Shown here: positions 29,279 through 38,848 of the stretch, in pieces
Position numbering within the stretch: the first letter of the stretch is position 1
How the letters are laid out: every line of letters starts with the position of its first letter
Assembly: GCA_030648835.1 (NCBI GenBank)
Contig: JAUSGT010000001.1
Span: 133,010 to 197,009 of the forward strand
Reading direction: 5' to 3'
Length of the DNA: 64,000 nt
Origin: Candidatus Moraniibacteriota bacterium
GTDB lineage: Bacteria; Patescibacteriota; Minisyncoccia; Moranbacterales; UBA1568
Translations under genes and position numbers: made by a program
The notes under the pieces: model-generated
The model's database searches: none
The model's input: only the letters and a program-made list of their open reading frames with translations
Told to the model about the DNA's origin: nothing

Positions 29279-30097
29279 ATGGCTGTTCACAGGAAATTTA
29301 CCCAAACAAAACTCTCTCGGGCGCTGATTGTTTTCGGCATGCTTTGGATTGCCGTGGTGTTCGGTCCGGCGTGGCTTGTCGCTCCCGCTCGAACGGCTCT
29401 GATGACCGTGACGCTTCCGCTTCAGAAAATTTTCTCCGTGACGGCGTTTGAAATAGCGGATACATTTCATTTTTTCACCTCTATCGGTGAACTGAAAAGT
29501 GAGAATGAGAATTTGGAGAAAGAGCGTTTGCGACTTATGGCTCTGAATGCCAAGTTTTCCCTTGTAGACAAGGAGAATGATGAACTGCGCCGCGAACTTA
29601 GGCTTGTGCCGAGAAACAAGTTTTCTCTCAAGCCGGCTGAAGTTACCGGTCGCGACGTGTCCGGTCTTGGCAACTGGCTTTCCATCAACGAAGGATCACA
29701 GAGCGGAGTGCGAAAAGGGATGCCCGTCATCGTAGACGCGGGAATTCTTATCGGAAGAGTGACAGAAGTGTTTCCGGAAAGTGCTCGAGTGATGCTTCTC
29801 TCGAATCCGGAGAGTTTGATAAACGGCGTGGCGCTCGATACCGATGCGCGAGGAATTGTGAAAGGAGAGTATGGGTTGGGGCTTCTTTTTGGCATGGTGC
29901 TTCAGGCGGATACGCTCAAGGCTGGCGATACCGTGGTGACGTCGGGGTTGGGCGGAGATATGCCGAAAGGTTTGCTCATCGGGACGCTTCAGGAAACGCG
30001 TTTTTCCGACGACCGTTTATTTCAACAGGCATCACTTTCTTCACCGGTGAGATTTGACCGCTTGCGGTATGTCTTCGTTATTGAAAATATTCTGTAA
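29279..30097 (+). CDS. mreC: Rod shape-determining protein MreC
   Basis: TM, coiled coil LKSENENL, VVTSGLGG..PKG; follows mreB. Confidence 0.92.
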   Translation: MAVHRKFTQTKLSRALIVFGMLWIAVVFGPAWLVAPARTALMTVTLPLQKIFSVTAFEIADTFHFFTSIGELKSENENLEKERLRLMALNAKFSLVDKENDELRRELRLVPRNKFSLKPAEVTGRDVSGLGNWLSINEGSQSGVRKGMPVIVDAGILIGRVTEVFPESARVMLLSNPESLINGVALDTDARGIVKGEYGLGLLFGMVLQADTLKAGDTVVTSGLGGDMPKGLLIGTLQETRFSDDRLFQQASLSSPVRFDRLRYVFVIENIL

Positions 30098-30101
30098 GTA
30101 G

Positions 30102-30229
30102 TATGCCCGGTAGTAGAATTTCGACTGAGAGAAAAATACGATATTGAAACGAAAGATGTTTTAAAGAGTTATTATTAAAAATTTTATGCTGCATATAAAT
30201 ACATTGTCGAAATTTCACTACCGGGTATG
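30102..30229 (+). mobile_element. Start-codon-associated inverted-repeat element, copy 5 (type B)
   Basis: TATG-CCCGGTAGTAGAATTTCGAC...GTCGAAATTTCACTACCGGG-TATG; 120-bp core. Confidence 0.8.
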
Positions 30230-30778
30230 AAAATATTTTTTCTTCGCCTATTTTTTATTCTCTCGTTGGTGTTTTTTCAATTTTCGTTTTTCAATATTCT
30301 TTTTTCGCGGGTGAGTGTGCCGATCATTCTCATTGTCGCTGTCGTGGCTTGGACACTCATTGTCGGTTTTCCACGCGTGTTGTATATGGTGATCCCCCTC
30401 TCGATATTCTTTGATATCGCTTCATTCGGTGCACTCGGGGCATTGACCCTGTATGCGGTGCCGCTTGCCTATGCGACGGACTTTCTTTCGAGGCGTCTCT
30501 TGGCCGAGCATCACGGGATGGGTATGATTTTGTACGCGCTCTTCGCATCCTTGGGGAGTTTTGGGTATGGTGTTTTTCATTTTGTTTTTACTCGAGGCAG
30601 TTCTTTTCTTTGGTCCGCCGAAACAGTCACTCGGTTTTTTCGCGCTACTGGTTTTTTGGAGCTTCTCCTGCCGATTTTCTCCAGTGTGGTGTTTTTCCCT
30701 ATCCTGTACTGGAGTATCCGACGTTTCGAAACGTATATGAGTTTTGCGGTTCAAAAAGAAATTTTACAGATGAGATAA
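30227..30778 (+). CDS. mreD: MreD-like membrane protein
   Basis: 183-aa multi-TM protein between mreC and mrdA; call rests mainly on synteny. Confidence 0.65.
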   Translation: MKIFFLRLFFILSLVFFQFSFFNILFSRVSVPIILIVAVVAWTLIVGFPRVLYMVIPLSIFFDIASFGALGALTLYAVPLAYATDFLSRRLLAEHHGMGMILYALFASLGSFGYGVFHFVFTRGSSFLWSAETVTRFFRATGFLELLLPIFSSVVFFPILYWSIRRFETYMSFAVQKEILQMR

Positions 30779-30800
30779 TCCACAAATATATTTTTTCCGA

Positions 30801-32705
30801 ATGGCTCTTTTTGTCAGAAAAAGTAGGTATATCGCTCCGCAACACGGCATGGAAATTGACGATGCGGTACTGACAATGACGGAAAGCGATGCCGCCAAGA
30901 TCGAATGGCCGCTCAATCGCTCGGTCATTCGATTTTTTTGGTGGTTCTCCGTGGTGGTGTTTTTTGGGCTGGCGCTCCGCGTGGCATATCTGAATATCAT
31001 CAAGGGAGCCCAGTATCAGGAGGCGGCTGAGCGTAATAGTCTTCGCTCGCTCGTTATTCCGGCGCCGCGCGGCATTATTTATGATCGTTTTGGAAAACAG
31101 CTCGTATCCGATACACCGAGTATGGATGCCATTCTCACTCCGGCTGATATTCCGAGAGATGAAGAATCACAGAACGAAATGAAGCGGCTTCTCGCGGCGA
31201 CATTTGTTTTGGAGCCGGGGACGCTTGATGATATTTTTCAGAAACTGGATCGGAAGTCGCTCCTCCCGCTTCTCATCAAAGAGCGGGTGAGCCAAGAGGA
31301 GATGCTCTTGTTTTTGAGCCGGAGCCAGGAGCTTCCGGGAGTGGGTCTTTATAACACGACGCGCCGTACGTATGCCGACAGCCTTATTTTTTCCCACCTG
31401 CTCGGATATGAGGGGAAGATTCGCAAGGAGGAGCTGGTGACACACCCGGAGTATCTTTTGACGGACTCCATCGGCAAGCAGGGTATAGAAAAAAGCTATG
31501 AAGCTTCACTGCGGGGGGTCCATGGTTTTCAACAGGCAGAAGTAGATGCGCTCGGTCATGTGAAAAAAGAACTCGGGGTTGTTCAGCCGATTCCCGGGAG
31601 CGATCTGATACTCAATATTGATGCCGATCTGCAAAAGAAGATTTTTGACAGTTTGCAGATGCTTCTCGAAAAGAACGGTTTGAAACGGGCAGCCGCCATA
31701 GCGCTTGATCCGCAAAGCGGAGCGGTCCGCGCGCTTGTCAGTCTGCCGAGCTTCGATAATAATCTTTTCGCGGAGAGAATATCGTCAAAGGATTATCAGG
31801 CGCTCATTGATGACCCCGCGTTGCCACTTTTCAATCGCGCGCTTTCCGGGGAATATCCGCCTGGGTCGACCATCAAGCCGGTACTTGCAGCCGCGGCGCT
31901 TACGGAAGGTACCATAAATGAACACACGCAAATTGAAAGTCGCGGAGGGATCAGTATCGGAAAATTTTTTTTCGGTGACTGGCGGGTAAACGGCTTTGCC
32001 GATGTCAGGCGGGCGATAGCCGTTTCGAGTGACGTCTTCTTTTATTCCATCGGTGGGGGCTATGGTGGAATTCAAGGGTTGGGGATGGAGCGGATGAAGA
32101 AATACGAAAATCTTTTCGGTTATGGGAATAAAACCGAAATTGATATGCCCGGAGAGGCGGATGGATTTATTCCCGATCCAGGGTGGAAGCAAGATAAGCT
32201 TGGTGAGCGGTGGTATATCGGTGATGATTATCACGCGGCTATTGGGCAGGGATTTGTAACGGCGACCCCGCTCCAGATTTTGAATGCGGTAGCGGCTATT
32301 GCCAATGGCGGGACGCTGTACGCCCCGCGGGTCGTATCGCAGGTACGTTCTCCCGATGGCAAGGTGATTCAAATTGACACAAAGGTGATCCGGAAAGATT
32401 TTATCAGTTCGGATATCCTGCGTATCGTGCGTGAGGGTATGCGGCAGACCGTGACGGAGGGCACTGCCCAGTCTTTGCAGACACTCCCGGTAGCTGTGGC
32501 CGGAAAAACAGGCACCGCTCAGTTCGGCAATGACAAGAAAACACATGGCTGGTTTGTTTCTTTCGCGCCGTACGAGCACCCCACACTGGCGATGATCGTT
32601 CTTGTGGAGGGGCAGGAAGGGGAAGGATACAATGCCGTTCCGGTAGCCAAGGATGTGTATGATTGGTACTTTTCTCGTCCGGATCTGACCGAAGTATCGC
32701 AGTAA
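30801..32705 (+). CDS. mrdA: Penicillin-binding protein 2
   Basis: APRGIIYDR, PPGSTIK (SxxK), SSD, GKTGTAQ. Confidence 0.93.
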   Translation: MALFVRKSRYIAPQHGMEIDDAVLTMTESDAAKIEWPLNRSVIRFFWWFSVVVFFGLALRVAYLNIIKGAQYQEAAERNSLRSLVIPAPRGIIYDRFGKQLVSDTPSMDAILTPADIPRDEESQNEMKRLLAATFVLEPGTLDDIFQKLDRKSLLPLLIKERVSQEEMLLFLSRSQELPGVGLYNTTRRTYADSLIFSHLLGYEGKIRKEELVTHPEYLLTDSIGKQGIEKSYEASLRGVHGFQQAEVDALGHVKKELGVVQPIPGSDLILNIDADLQKKIFDSLQMLLEKNGLKRAAAIALDPQSGAVRALVSLPSFDNNLFAERISSKDYQALIDDPALPLFNRALSGEYPPGSTIKPVLAAAALTEGTINEHTQIESRGGISIGKFFFGDWRVNGFADVRRAIAVSSDVFFYSIGGGYGGIQGLGMERMKKYENLFGYGNKTEIDMPGEADGFIPDPGWKQDKLGERWYIGDDYHAAIGQGFVTATPLQILNAVAAIANGGTLYAPRVVSQVRSPDGKVIQIDTKVIRKDFISSDILRIVREGMRQTVTEGTAQSLQTLPVAVAGKTGTAQFGNDKKTHGWFVSFAPYEHPTLAMIVLVEGQEGEGYNAVPVAKDVYDWYFSRPDLTEVSQ

Positions 32706-32850
32706 AAGGCTTTAAACAAGGGAAGAAATAGGTGGCATTGACATTTTTCGCACCTTTGATACCATAGAGAAACTTTGTGGCAGCCACCCCTTTTCTGTAG
32801 TAAGAGGGTTTTTGTTTGCTAAGGAAGGTACTTACTCTAATTATAAAACC

Positions 32851-33306
32851 ATGTCGAAGATTTTTACCGAAGAAGGTTTGAAAAAATTGCAGGTTGAGCT
32901 TGAAGATCGCAAAACCAAAATCCGTCATGAAATTGCCGAATCCATCAAAGAGGCCAAGGAACAGGGTGATCTTTCGGAAAATGCCGAATACAGCGAGGCC
33001 AAGCGCTATCAGAATGAGAATGAAACACGCATTTCTGAGTTGGAGGCTATGCTCAAAGATTCTGTCGTGGCTGCCAAAGAGAAGAGTTCAACGGTGGTGG
33101 GGATTGGTTCCCTACTGACGGTAAAAGTGCATGGCAAAGAACTCCATTTCGAAATTGTCGGTTCCAATGAAGTTGATCCGGCACAAGGCAAAATTTCCAA
33201 CGAATCTCCGCTGGGTAAGGAATTCATCGGCAAAGAAAAGGGTGACAAAGTGGAAGTGAGCGCTCCGGCTGGGACTGTCAAATACGAGATCGTTTCCATC
33301 AAGTAA
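32851..33306 (+). CDS. greA: Transcription elongation factor GreA
   Basis: GDLSENAEY, ISNESPLG. Confidence 0.96.
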   Translation: MSKIFTEEGLKKLQVELEDRKTKIRHEIAESIKEAKEQGDLSENAEYSEAKRYQNENETRISELEAMLKDSVVAAKEKSSTVVGIGSLLTVKVHGKELHFEIVGSNEVDPAQGKISNESPLGKEFIGKEKGDKVEVSAPAGTVKYEIVSIK

Positions 33307-33308
33307 TG

Positions 33309-33436
33309 TTAGGACTTTCGCGTTTGGCGAACTTCCGCGTTGCGGAGCCTCTGCTCCGTCTCCAGCGTAGCTAGTAGTACGCTTCCGTTGTCGCTTTCTC
33401 CGCGCCTCGAATTTCATCCAAACGCAAAAGTCCTAA
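33309..33436. mobile_element. 128-bp MITE-like element
   Basis: TTAGGACTTTCGCGTTTGG ... CCAAACGCAAAAGTCCTAA (18/19 match); no coding capacity. Confidence 0.65.
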
Positions 33437-33506
33437 GTTTGTGATAAAATCCCCACACTGGGGATTTTATCTTGCCTTTCGGCTTGAAAAGCGTTAGGAT
33501 AAGACC

Positions 33507-34973
33507 ATGCGCGAAGATATTTTGAACACAAAATTAGAAAAGCTGGCTCATCTTGAGAAGGCTTTTGGGACAGCCTATCCGGAGCAAACAAGCCGTTCGC
33601 TCGATAACGCGGAGGCGCTTTTGCGTTTCGATGAATTGTCGGCTTCTCACGAGGTGATCTGTCTTGTCGGTCGGGTGCGCTCCTTCCGTCCGATGGGCAA
33701 GATTGCTTTCGCACATATCGAAGATGGTCAAGGGAAAATTCAGCTTTTCCTTTCCGAAAAAGTCTTGGGCAAGGAGAAATTGAAATTGTTTGCCGATACG
33801 ATTGAAATGGGAGATTTTGTCGAAGCCCACGGGGCTCTCTTCACGACGAAACAGAATGAGAAGACACTCGAGGTGAGTGACTGGAAAATTTTAAGCAAAT
33901 CTCTGCGCCCCATCCCGACGGAATTTTACGGTTTGAAAGATGAAGAGGAACTGCTCCGTCGCCGCTATCTGGATTTACTCATGAACCCGGAAACTCGTGA
34001 ATTGTTTGTGAAAAAGAATCTTTTCTGGCAGACAGTGCGCGCTTTTTTGGCAGGGGAAAAATTTCTTGAAGTCCAGACGCCGGTACTGGAGCATATCCCC
34101 GGTGGAGCCGAAGCGGAACCTTTCAAAACGCACCACCACGCGCTTGATCAGGATTTTTATTTGCGCATCTCGCTTGAATTGCCTCTCAAGCGTCTCTTGG
34201 TCGGCGGGTATGAGCGGGTGTTTGAAATCGGACGAGTGTTCCGCAATGAAGGTATGGATCGCGAGCATCTGCAGGAGTTCGATCATGTCGAGTTCTACGC
34301 CGCGTATATGGATATGGAAAGCGGGATGCGATTGACGGAAAAAATGTTTCAAGCAGTCGTGAGGAAAGTCGTGGGTGAAACCATGCAGACGGAGTACGAG
34401 GGGATGAAAATTGACTGGAGCAAACCTTTTCCGCGAATTGACTACTTTACGGAATTCAAAAAAGAAACCGGTATTGATCTGTCTTCGGATATTAGTGTTG
34501 ATGAACTCAAAAAGAAAGCGGACGAGCTGGGTGTCAAATATGAACCTGCCTATGGGAAAGGGCGGATGATCGATACGTTGTACAAGAGAACGGTGCGGCA
34601 GAAATTGATCCAGCCGTGTTTTTTGGTCGGACACCCGCTTGAGGTGTCGCCGCTCGCCAAAGTCGATCCAAAAGATCCTCGTCGGGTACTGCGTTTCCAA
34701 CCGGTGGTTGCAAAAAGCGAAGTGGGAAATGGATTCGCGGAACTTAATGATCCGGAGGATCAACGCAAACGATTCGAAGAACAGATGAAACTGCGCGCCC
34801 AAGGCGACGTCGAAGCACAGATGCTCGATGAGGATTTTCTTCAGGCGCTCGAGTATGGTATGCCGCCGGCGTGCGGGTTTGGGATGAGTGAACGTTTCTT
34901 CGCCATTCTTATGAATCGCAGCGTGCGCGAGACGGTTATTTTTCCGTTGGTGAAGGAGAAGAGCAACGGATGA
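33507..34973 (+). CDS. lysS: Lysine--tRNA ligase (class II)
   Basis: RRRYLDL, GGAEAEPF, FEIGRVFRNEG, ALEYGMPP. Confidence 0.96.
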   Translation: MREDILNTKLEKLAHLEKAFGTAYPEQTSRSLDNAEALLRFDELSASHEVICLVGRVRSFRPMGKIAFAHIEDGQGKIQLFLSEKVLGKEKLKLFADTIEMGDFVEAHGALFTTKQNEKTLEVSDWKILSKSLRPIPTEFYGLKDEEELLRRRYLDLLMNPETRELFVKKNLFWQTVRAFLAGEKFLEVQTPVLEHIPGGAEAEPFKTHHHALDQDFYLRISLELPLKRLLVGGYERVFEIGRVFRNEGMDREHLQEFDHVEFYAAYMDMESGMRLTEKMFQAVVRKVVGETMQTEYEGMKIDWSKPFPRIDYFTEFKKETGIDLSSDISVDELKKKADELGVKYEPAYGKGRMIDTLYKRTVRQKLIQPCFLVGHPLEVSPLAKVDPKDPRRVLRFQPVVAKSEVGNGFAELNDPEDQRKRFEEQMKLRAQGDVEAQMLDEDFLQALEYGMPPACGFGMSERFFAILMNRSVRETVIFPLVKEKSNG

Positions 34974-35041
34974 TTAGCTCAGTTGGTTAGAGCACTGCAT
35001 TCACATTGCAGGGGTCACTGGTTCGAGTCCAGTGTTGCCCA
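34968..35041 (+). tRNA. tRNA-Val(CAC) with weak acceptor stem; possible pseudogene
   Basis: D arm GCTC/GAGC, anticodon arm CTGCA-TTCACAT-TGCAG, T arm ACTGG-TTCGAGT-CCAGT; acceptor GGATGAT/GTTGCCC. Confidence 0.75.
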
Positions 35042-35068
35042 CATAATGAAAATTAAAGAGCTGAACAT

Positions 35069-36382
35069 ATGTTGGATATTCAATTCATCCGCAGTCATAA
35101 AGAAGACATTTCTAAAGCCATCACGGATAAGGGGCTCAATTTGGATGTGGAGAAATTATTGGCGAAGGCAGAGGAGCGAGTAGCACTTATTCAAGAAGTC
35201 GAGGAACTCAAGAGCTTGAAAAACGATATCAATGAATTGATACAAAAAGCCAAGACTCCCGAGGAACGCGCGGAGATTATCGTCAAAGGAAAAGAGATCA
35301 AAGTCAAACTCGATGAGAGAGAACCTTTGTTTTTGGCGGTCAAGAGTGAATATGATACTCTCATGGCGCAAGTGCCGAATATTCCGAGTGAGGATACGCC
35401 GATCGGAAAAGACGAGAGTGAAAATGTTGTCTTGCGGCAAGTCGGCAACAAACCTGAGTTCGAATTCCCGGCTAAGGAACACTGGGAGTTGGGAGAAGCG
35501 CTGGGGATTATTGATGTGGAACGGGCAGTCAAGGTGAGCGGATCGCGGTCTGTTTATCTCAAGGGAGATCTCGTACTTCTGGAATTTGCTCTTATGCAGT
35601 TTGCTTTTTCAGTTCTGACGAGCGAAGAAAAATTGGCAGCCATAATTACTGAGAATCAACTTAAGGTAGCCACTACGCCATTTATTCCTGTTCTTCCGCC
35701 CGTTTTGATTCGGCCAGAAATAATGGCAAGAATGGCTCGTCACGATCCTGAAGAAATGTACGCCATTGAGAGAGATAATCTGAATCTGATAGGAAGCGCC
35801 GAACATACGTTGGGTGCGATGTATGCTGATGAAATTTTAGAAGCTGCTCAGCTTCCTATTCGCCTGGTGGGGTTTTCGGTAGCTTTTCGCCGTGAAGCTG
35901 GCTCCTATGGCAAAGATATGAAGGGGTTTCTTCGGATGCACCAATTCGACAAACTGGAAATGGAATCATTCACTCTGCCCGAACAATCGCGAGATGAGCA
36001 GGACTTTATGGTAGCTATTCAAGAACACCTGATGAAGGCATTGGGTATTCCCTATCAAGTTGTGGCGATCTGTACTGGAGATATGGGTAAACCTGACATA
36101 CGCCAGATCGATATTGAAGCGTGGATGCCAGGACAGAATCGATATCGAGAAACGAACACGTCGGATCTTATTGGGGACTTTCAAGCACGGCGGTTAAATA
36201 CAAAGATCCGAAGAGCGGATGGAAAAACAGAATTTGTTCATATGAATGATGCAACTGCCTTTTCGCAGCGCCCCCTCATTGCTATTCTCGAGAATTACCA
36301 GCAAGCCGATGGGAGCGTCGTGGTGCCGGAAGTTTTGCGCCCCTTCGTCGGCAAGGATGTGATTAAACCGAAGAACAGTTAA
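35069..36382 (+). CDS. serS: Serine--tRNA ligase
   Basis: MLDIQFIR, FRREAGSYG, HQFDKLE, ILENYQ. Confidence 0.96.
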   Translation: MLDIQFIRSHKEDISKAITDKGLNLDVEKLLAKAEERVALIQEVEELKSLKNDINELIQKAKTPEERAEIIVKGKEIKVKLDEREPLFLAVKSEYDTLMAQVPNIPSEDTPIGKDESENVVLRQVGNKPEFEFPAKEHWELGEALGIIDVERAVKVSGSRSVYLKGDLVLLEFALMQFAFSVLTSEEKLAAIITENQLKVATTPFIPVLPPVLIRPEIMARMARHDPEEMYAIERDNLNLIGSAEHTLGAMYADEILEAAQLPIRLVGFSVAFRREAGSYGKDMKGFLRMHQFDKLEMESFTLPEQSRDEQDFMVAIQEHLMKALGIPYQVVAICTGDMGKPDIRQIDIEAWMPGQNRYRETNTSDLIGDFQARRLNTKIRRADGKTEFVHMNDATAFSQRPLIAILENYQQADGSVVVPEVLRPFVGKDVIKPKNS

Positions 36383-36451
36383 CAGTCAACGAGGAACAAA
36401 TAACGACTGTTCCCTTGATTTTTTATTTTTTTTGTTGTTAACTGCTTATTG

Positions 36452-36472
36452 CCTGCCTGTCCGGTAGGCAGG
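36452..36472. repeat. REP-like palindrome CCTGCCTGTCCGGTAGGCAGG
   Basis: Short hairpin nested in a heptamer array; related copy at 50656-50676. Confidence 0.5.
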
Positions 36473-36494
36473 TTGTTTATTTACAAATTTGTAT

Positions 36495-36570
36495 GGGTGC
36501 GTAGCTCAGTCGGTAGAGCAGTGGCCTTTTAAGCCAACGGTCGAGGGTTCGATTCCCCCCGCACCCACCA
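36495..36570 (+). tRNA. tRNA-Lys(TTT)
   Basis: Full cloverleaf GGGTGCG/CGCACCC; loop CTTTTAA; encoded CCA. Confidence 0.95.
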
Positions 36571-36624
36571 TAAAACTAGGACTCCACTTTTGGAGTCCTT
36601 ACTTTTTACAGAGAAGCTACAAGT

Positions 36625-36947
36625 GGGAATCGAAGGGCACGAGTAGGATGCGAGTAAGCGAGCATCCTGTGTGTAGTGCTCAGGCTCCGAGTCGGTCATC
36701 GACTCTGAGCTCAGACTCGAAGAGAGCGAGGAGGATTCCCCCCGCACCCACTATAGGATAACAATAGATAACAAGAACTCCCGAACGGGAAGTTTTTGCT
36801 TTATAAAGAATTGCGGGGAATCGAAGGGTGCGAGTAGAATGTGAGCAAGCGAACATTCTGTGTGTAGCACCCAGGCTCCGAGTCGGTCATCGACTCTGAG
36901 CTCAGACTCGAAGAGAGCGAGGAGGATTCCCCCCCCCGCACCCACCA
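36625..36947 (+). repeat. Two tandem ~126-bp repeats ending in the tRNA-Lys 3' end
   Basis: Units at 36625-36751 and 36816-36947, both ending GATTCCCCCCGCACCCAC. Confidence 0.85.
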
Positions 36948-37042
36948 AATAAGTACCTTTTCCGTTTCGGAGAGGGTACTTTGTTTTTCTTTCACACAGG
37001 TTACTTTTCTGCTATACTAAGGGCATAAATACATTATTTTTT

Positions 37043-38203
37043 ATGGTACAAAAAATATTTGTTGTTGTAGTTGTGGCATTGCTGTTTTCTGGCTGTTCTC
37101 TGACCAGCGTGACTGCGCCGAAGATCGGTGGAACCTCTCCGGGAACGGGCGCTTTCGCGACACAGGCGGAACTGGGCAGCCTTTGGAAAACTGACAATAG
37201 TGGAGAGACATTCGTAGTGAAATCAAAAGTTAATGAGAAAACCAGTATAACGAAAGCGGACATTCTTTCTATCGCTTACCATCCGCAAAAGCCGATGATT
37301 ATTTATGTCGGTACGGTAGATAGTGGAATTTTCAAGACAGAAAACGGAGGTGATCAATGGACATCAATTCCTTTCCCTCCAAAAAAGATATATAGTTTTA
37401 TTCTGGATAAGAACGATCCTGATAATCGCATGTTTGCCTCCGGCGTGGTAAATGATTGGGGAAAGATATTCCGTACCGATGATGGTGGCAAGACGTGGAG
37501 TGACGTATATACGGAACCGGGGCAGAAGACACCTATCACAGCGCTCTCGCAACATTTTCGCGATAGAAACACCATTTTTGCGGGAACAGCCGCAGGAACA
37601 GTCGTGAAAAGTGTTGATAGCGGAAACACGTGGAAAAATATCGGTAATAAAATCGACGGCATCGTAGCGGATATCGCTTTTGATTCTACCAAGAATCTTT
37701 CAACATATTTGCTCGTGTTTGACCGAAAGCTCTACTATTCTGCGGACGGTGGAATGCAGTGGATAGATTGGGAGGAAGAAAAACAGAAGGAAACAGCCGT
37801 TCAAAACAATAACAGAGCTTCCCGGGTATCGAATTTGAGCGAACGCAACCAAAAAAATAAGATGCCGAAAGGCATCGTGGCTATCGCCAGTGATCCGAAT
37901 CAATCGGGTGTTATCTATGCTGGAACCGATGCAGGACTTTTTAGAAGTACGGACTTCGGAAAATATTGGAATGAAATAAATATTATTGAGAGCGCAAAAA
38001 AATTTCCTATCCGTTCGATAGCCATCAACCCAAAAGACTCACAGGAGATAGTATTTGTCGCGGGAAAAGCGTTCTATAAATCTATTGATGGTGGGGTTAC
38101 ATGGATGACGACAGGGCTGAATGTGGATCGCGGGGCGGCATTTGTTGCCTATGATCCGTTTGATTCGAAACAGCTGTTTATCGGACTGCGGAATTTCAAG
38201 TAA
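37043..38203 (+). CDS. Lipoprotein with BNR/Asp-box repeats (YCF48/VPS10-like beta-propeller)
   Basis: Lipobox FSGC; repeated S/TxDxGxxW. Confidence 0.85.
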   Translation: MVQKIFVVVVVALLFSGCSLTSVTAPKIGGTSPGTGAFATQAELGSLWKTDNSGETFVVKSKVNEKTSITKADILSIAYHPQKPMIIYVGTVDSGIFKTENGGDQWTSIPFPPKKIYSFILDKNDPDNRMFASGVVNDWGKIFRTDDGGKTWSDVYTEPGQKTPITALSQHFRDRNTIFAGTAAGTVVKSVDSGNTWKNIGNKIDGIVADIAFDSTKNLSTYLLVFDRKLYYSADGGMQWIDWEEEKQKETAVQNNNRASRVSNLSERNQKNKMPKGIVAIASDPNQSGVIYAGTDAGLFRSTDFGKYWNEINIIESAKKFPIRSIAINPKDSQEIVFVAGKAFYKSIDGGVTWMTTGLNVDRGAAFVAYDPFDSKQLFIGLRNFK

Positions 38204-38258
38204 ATTTGGAAGCAAGACTTCCAAATAATTTTATTCGTGCTATTTATTCACCAAACAT

Positions 38259-38816
38259 ATGGTCAAAGAACTCATCGCTCAAAAAATTGCCAGTTTCGAA
38301 AATGCTGTGGAACATTTCAAAAATGAAACGGCCAAAATCCGTACCGGCAGAGCCAACCCGGGGCTTGTTGAGGGACTGCTTGTGGATTACTACGGTGTCA
38401 AGACTCCGCTCAAACAGATCGCCAGCATTGCCATACCCGAAGCCCGTCAAATTCTCATTTCGCCTTGGGATAAGGGGAGTCTTGTCCAGATTGAAGCGGC
38501 CATTCGTGAGTCTGATTTGGGTCTCAACCCCAGCAATGATGGTCAGGCGATTCGTATCACACTTCCCGCTCTTACCGAAGAACGTCGACATGATCTGGTG
38601 AGAGCGCTCAACAGCCGAGCCGAAGAAAGCCGCATCGCTGTACGCAATGTTCGGGAAGAGATTTGGAAAGATATTCAGGATTTGGAACGCTCAGGGGATA
38701 TTTCCGAAGACGACAAGTTTCACGGTAAAGATGAATTACAAAAGGTCGTGGATGAATACAATCACAAACTTGAAGAAGTGCGTAAAAAGAAAGAAGAAGA
38801 AATTCTGACCGTTTAA
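38259..38816 (+). CDS. frr: Ribosome recycling factor
   Basis: IRTGRANP, NPSNDG, LTEERR. Confidence 0.96.
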   Translation: MVKELIAQKIASFENAVEHFKNETAKIRTGRANPGLVEGLLVDYYGVKTPLKQIASIAIPEARQILISPWDKGSLVQIEAAIRESDLGLNPSNDGQAIRITLPALTEERRHDLVRALNSRAEESRIAVRNVREEIWKDIQDLERSGDISEDDKFHGKDELQKVVDEYNHKLEEVRKKKEEEILTV

Positions 38817-38848
38817 GAAAACGGAATACCTAATACCTAATACTAGCT

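Noticed and set aside
36489-36995. Small ORFs over tRNA-Lys and its repeats, and ORF 34983-35183
   Set aside because: They are translation artefacts of tRNA and repeat sequence.
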